DNA from: an uncultured archaeon
Lineage (GTDB): Archaea; Asgardarchaeota; Heimdallarchaeia; Heimdallarchaeales; Heimdallarchaeaceae
NCBI GenBank assembly: GCA_964534625.1
Contig: CAZHRF010000032.1
Span: 1-37,622, forward strand
Direction of reading: 5' to 3'
DNA length: 37,622 nt
The notes below the pieces were generated by a model. That model was not told the origin of the DNA. It searched no databases and was given only the letters and a program-made list of their open reading frames with translations. Made by a program: the position numbers and the translations under genes. Below, piece by piece: positions 37,598-37,622 of this stretch. The first letter of the stretch is position 1. Every line of letters starts with the position of its first letter.

Positions 37598-37622
37598 ATG
37601 TTTGGCGAAACAATTAAATACA
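37598..37622 (+). CDS. Probable gene start truncated by the window edge
   Basis: AAGGAG at 37587-37592, then ATG TTT GGC GAA ACA ATT AAA TAC, open to the end. Confidence 0.4.

Overview
AT-rich archaeal chromosomal window, most consistent with an Asgard archaeon. It carries TBP, a thermosome, class I LysRS, a geranylgeranyl reductase, three small GTPases, a DENN-like protein and TPR proteins. Most of it is housekeeping or metabolic (hisS, C69 peptidase, Cys/Met PLP enzyme, tbp, mtnP, korAB, thermosome, DegV, ribA, acyP, cobB, lysS, GGR, GT2). The standout is a 3,917-bp insert at the 3' end of tbp. It is bounded by a 187-bp direct repeat (8881-9067 / 12798-12984, 7 mismatches) that duplicates the tbp tail. 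The insert encodes only one 1,233-aa orphan, which by eye contains two degenerate TBP-like repeats followed by PD-(D/E)xK-like motifs, and no integrase is recognisable. Also found outside the ORF track: two C/D-box guide sRNAs (5377-5445, 33045-33127) whose guides match conserved rRNA sites, a solo IS200/IS605-type right end, and palindromic operators. A DENN-like gene lies head-to-head with an Arf-like GTPase fusion, and a degenerate ParA/MinD plus wHTH pair sits at the right edge. All protein calls are by-eye motif recognition; no searches were run.
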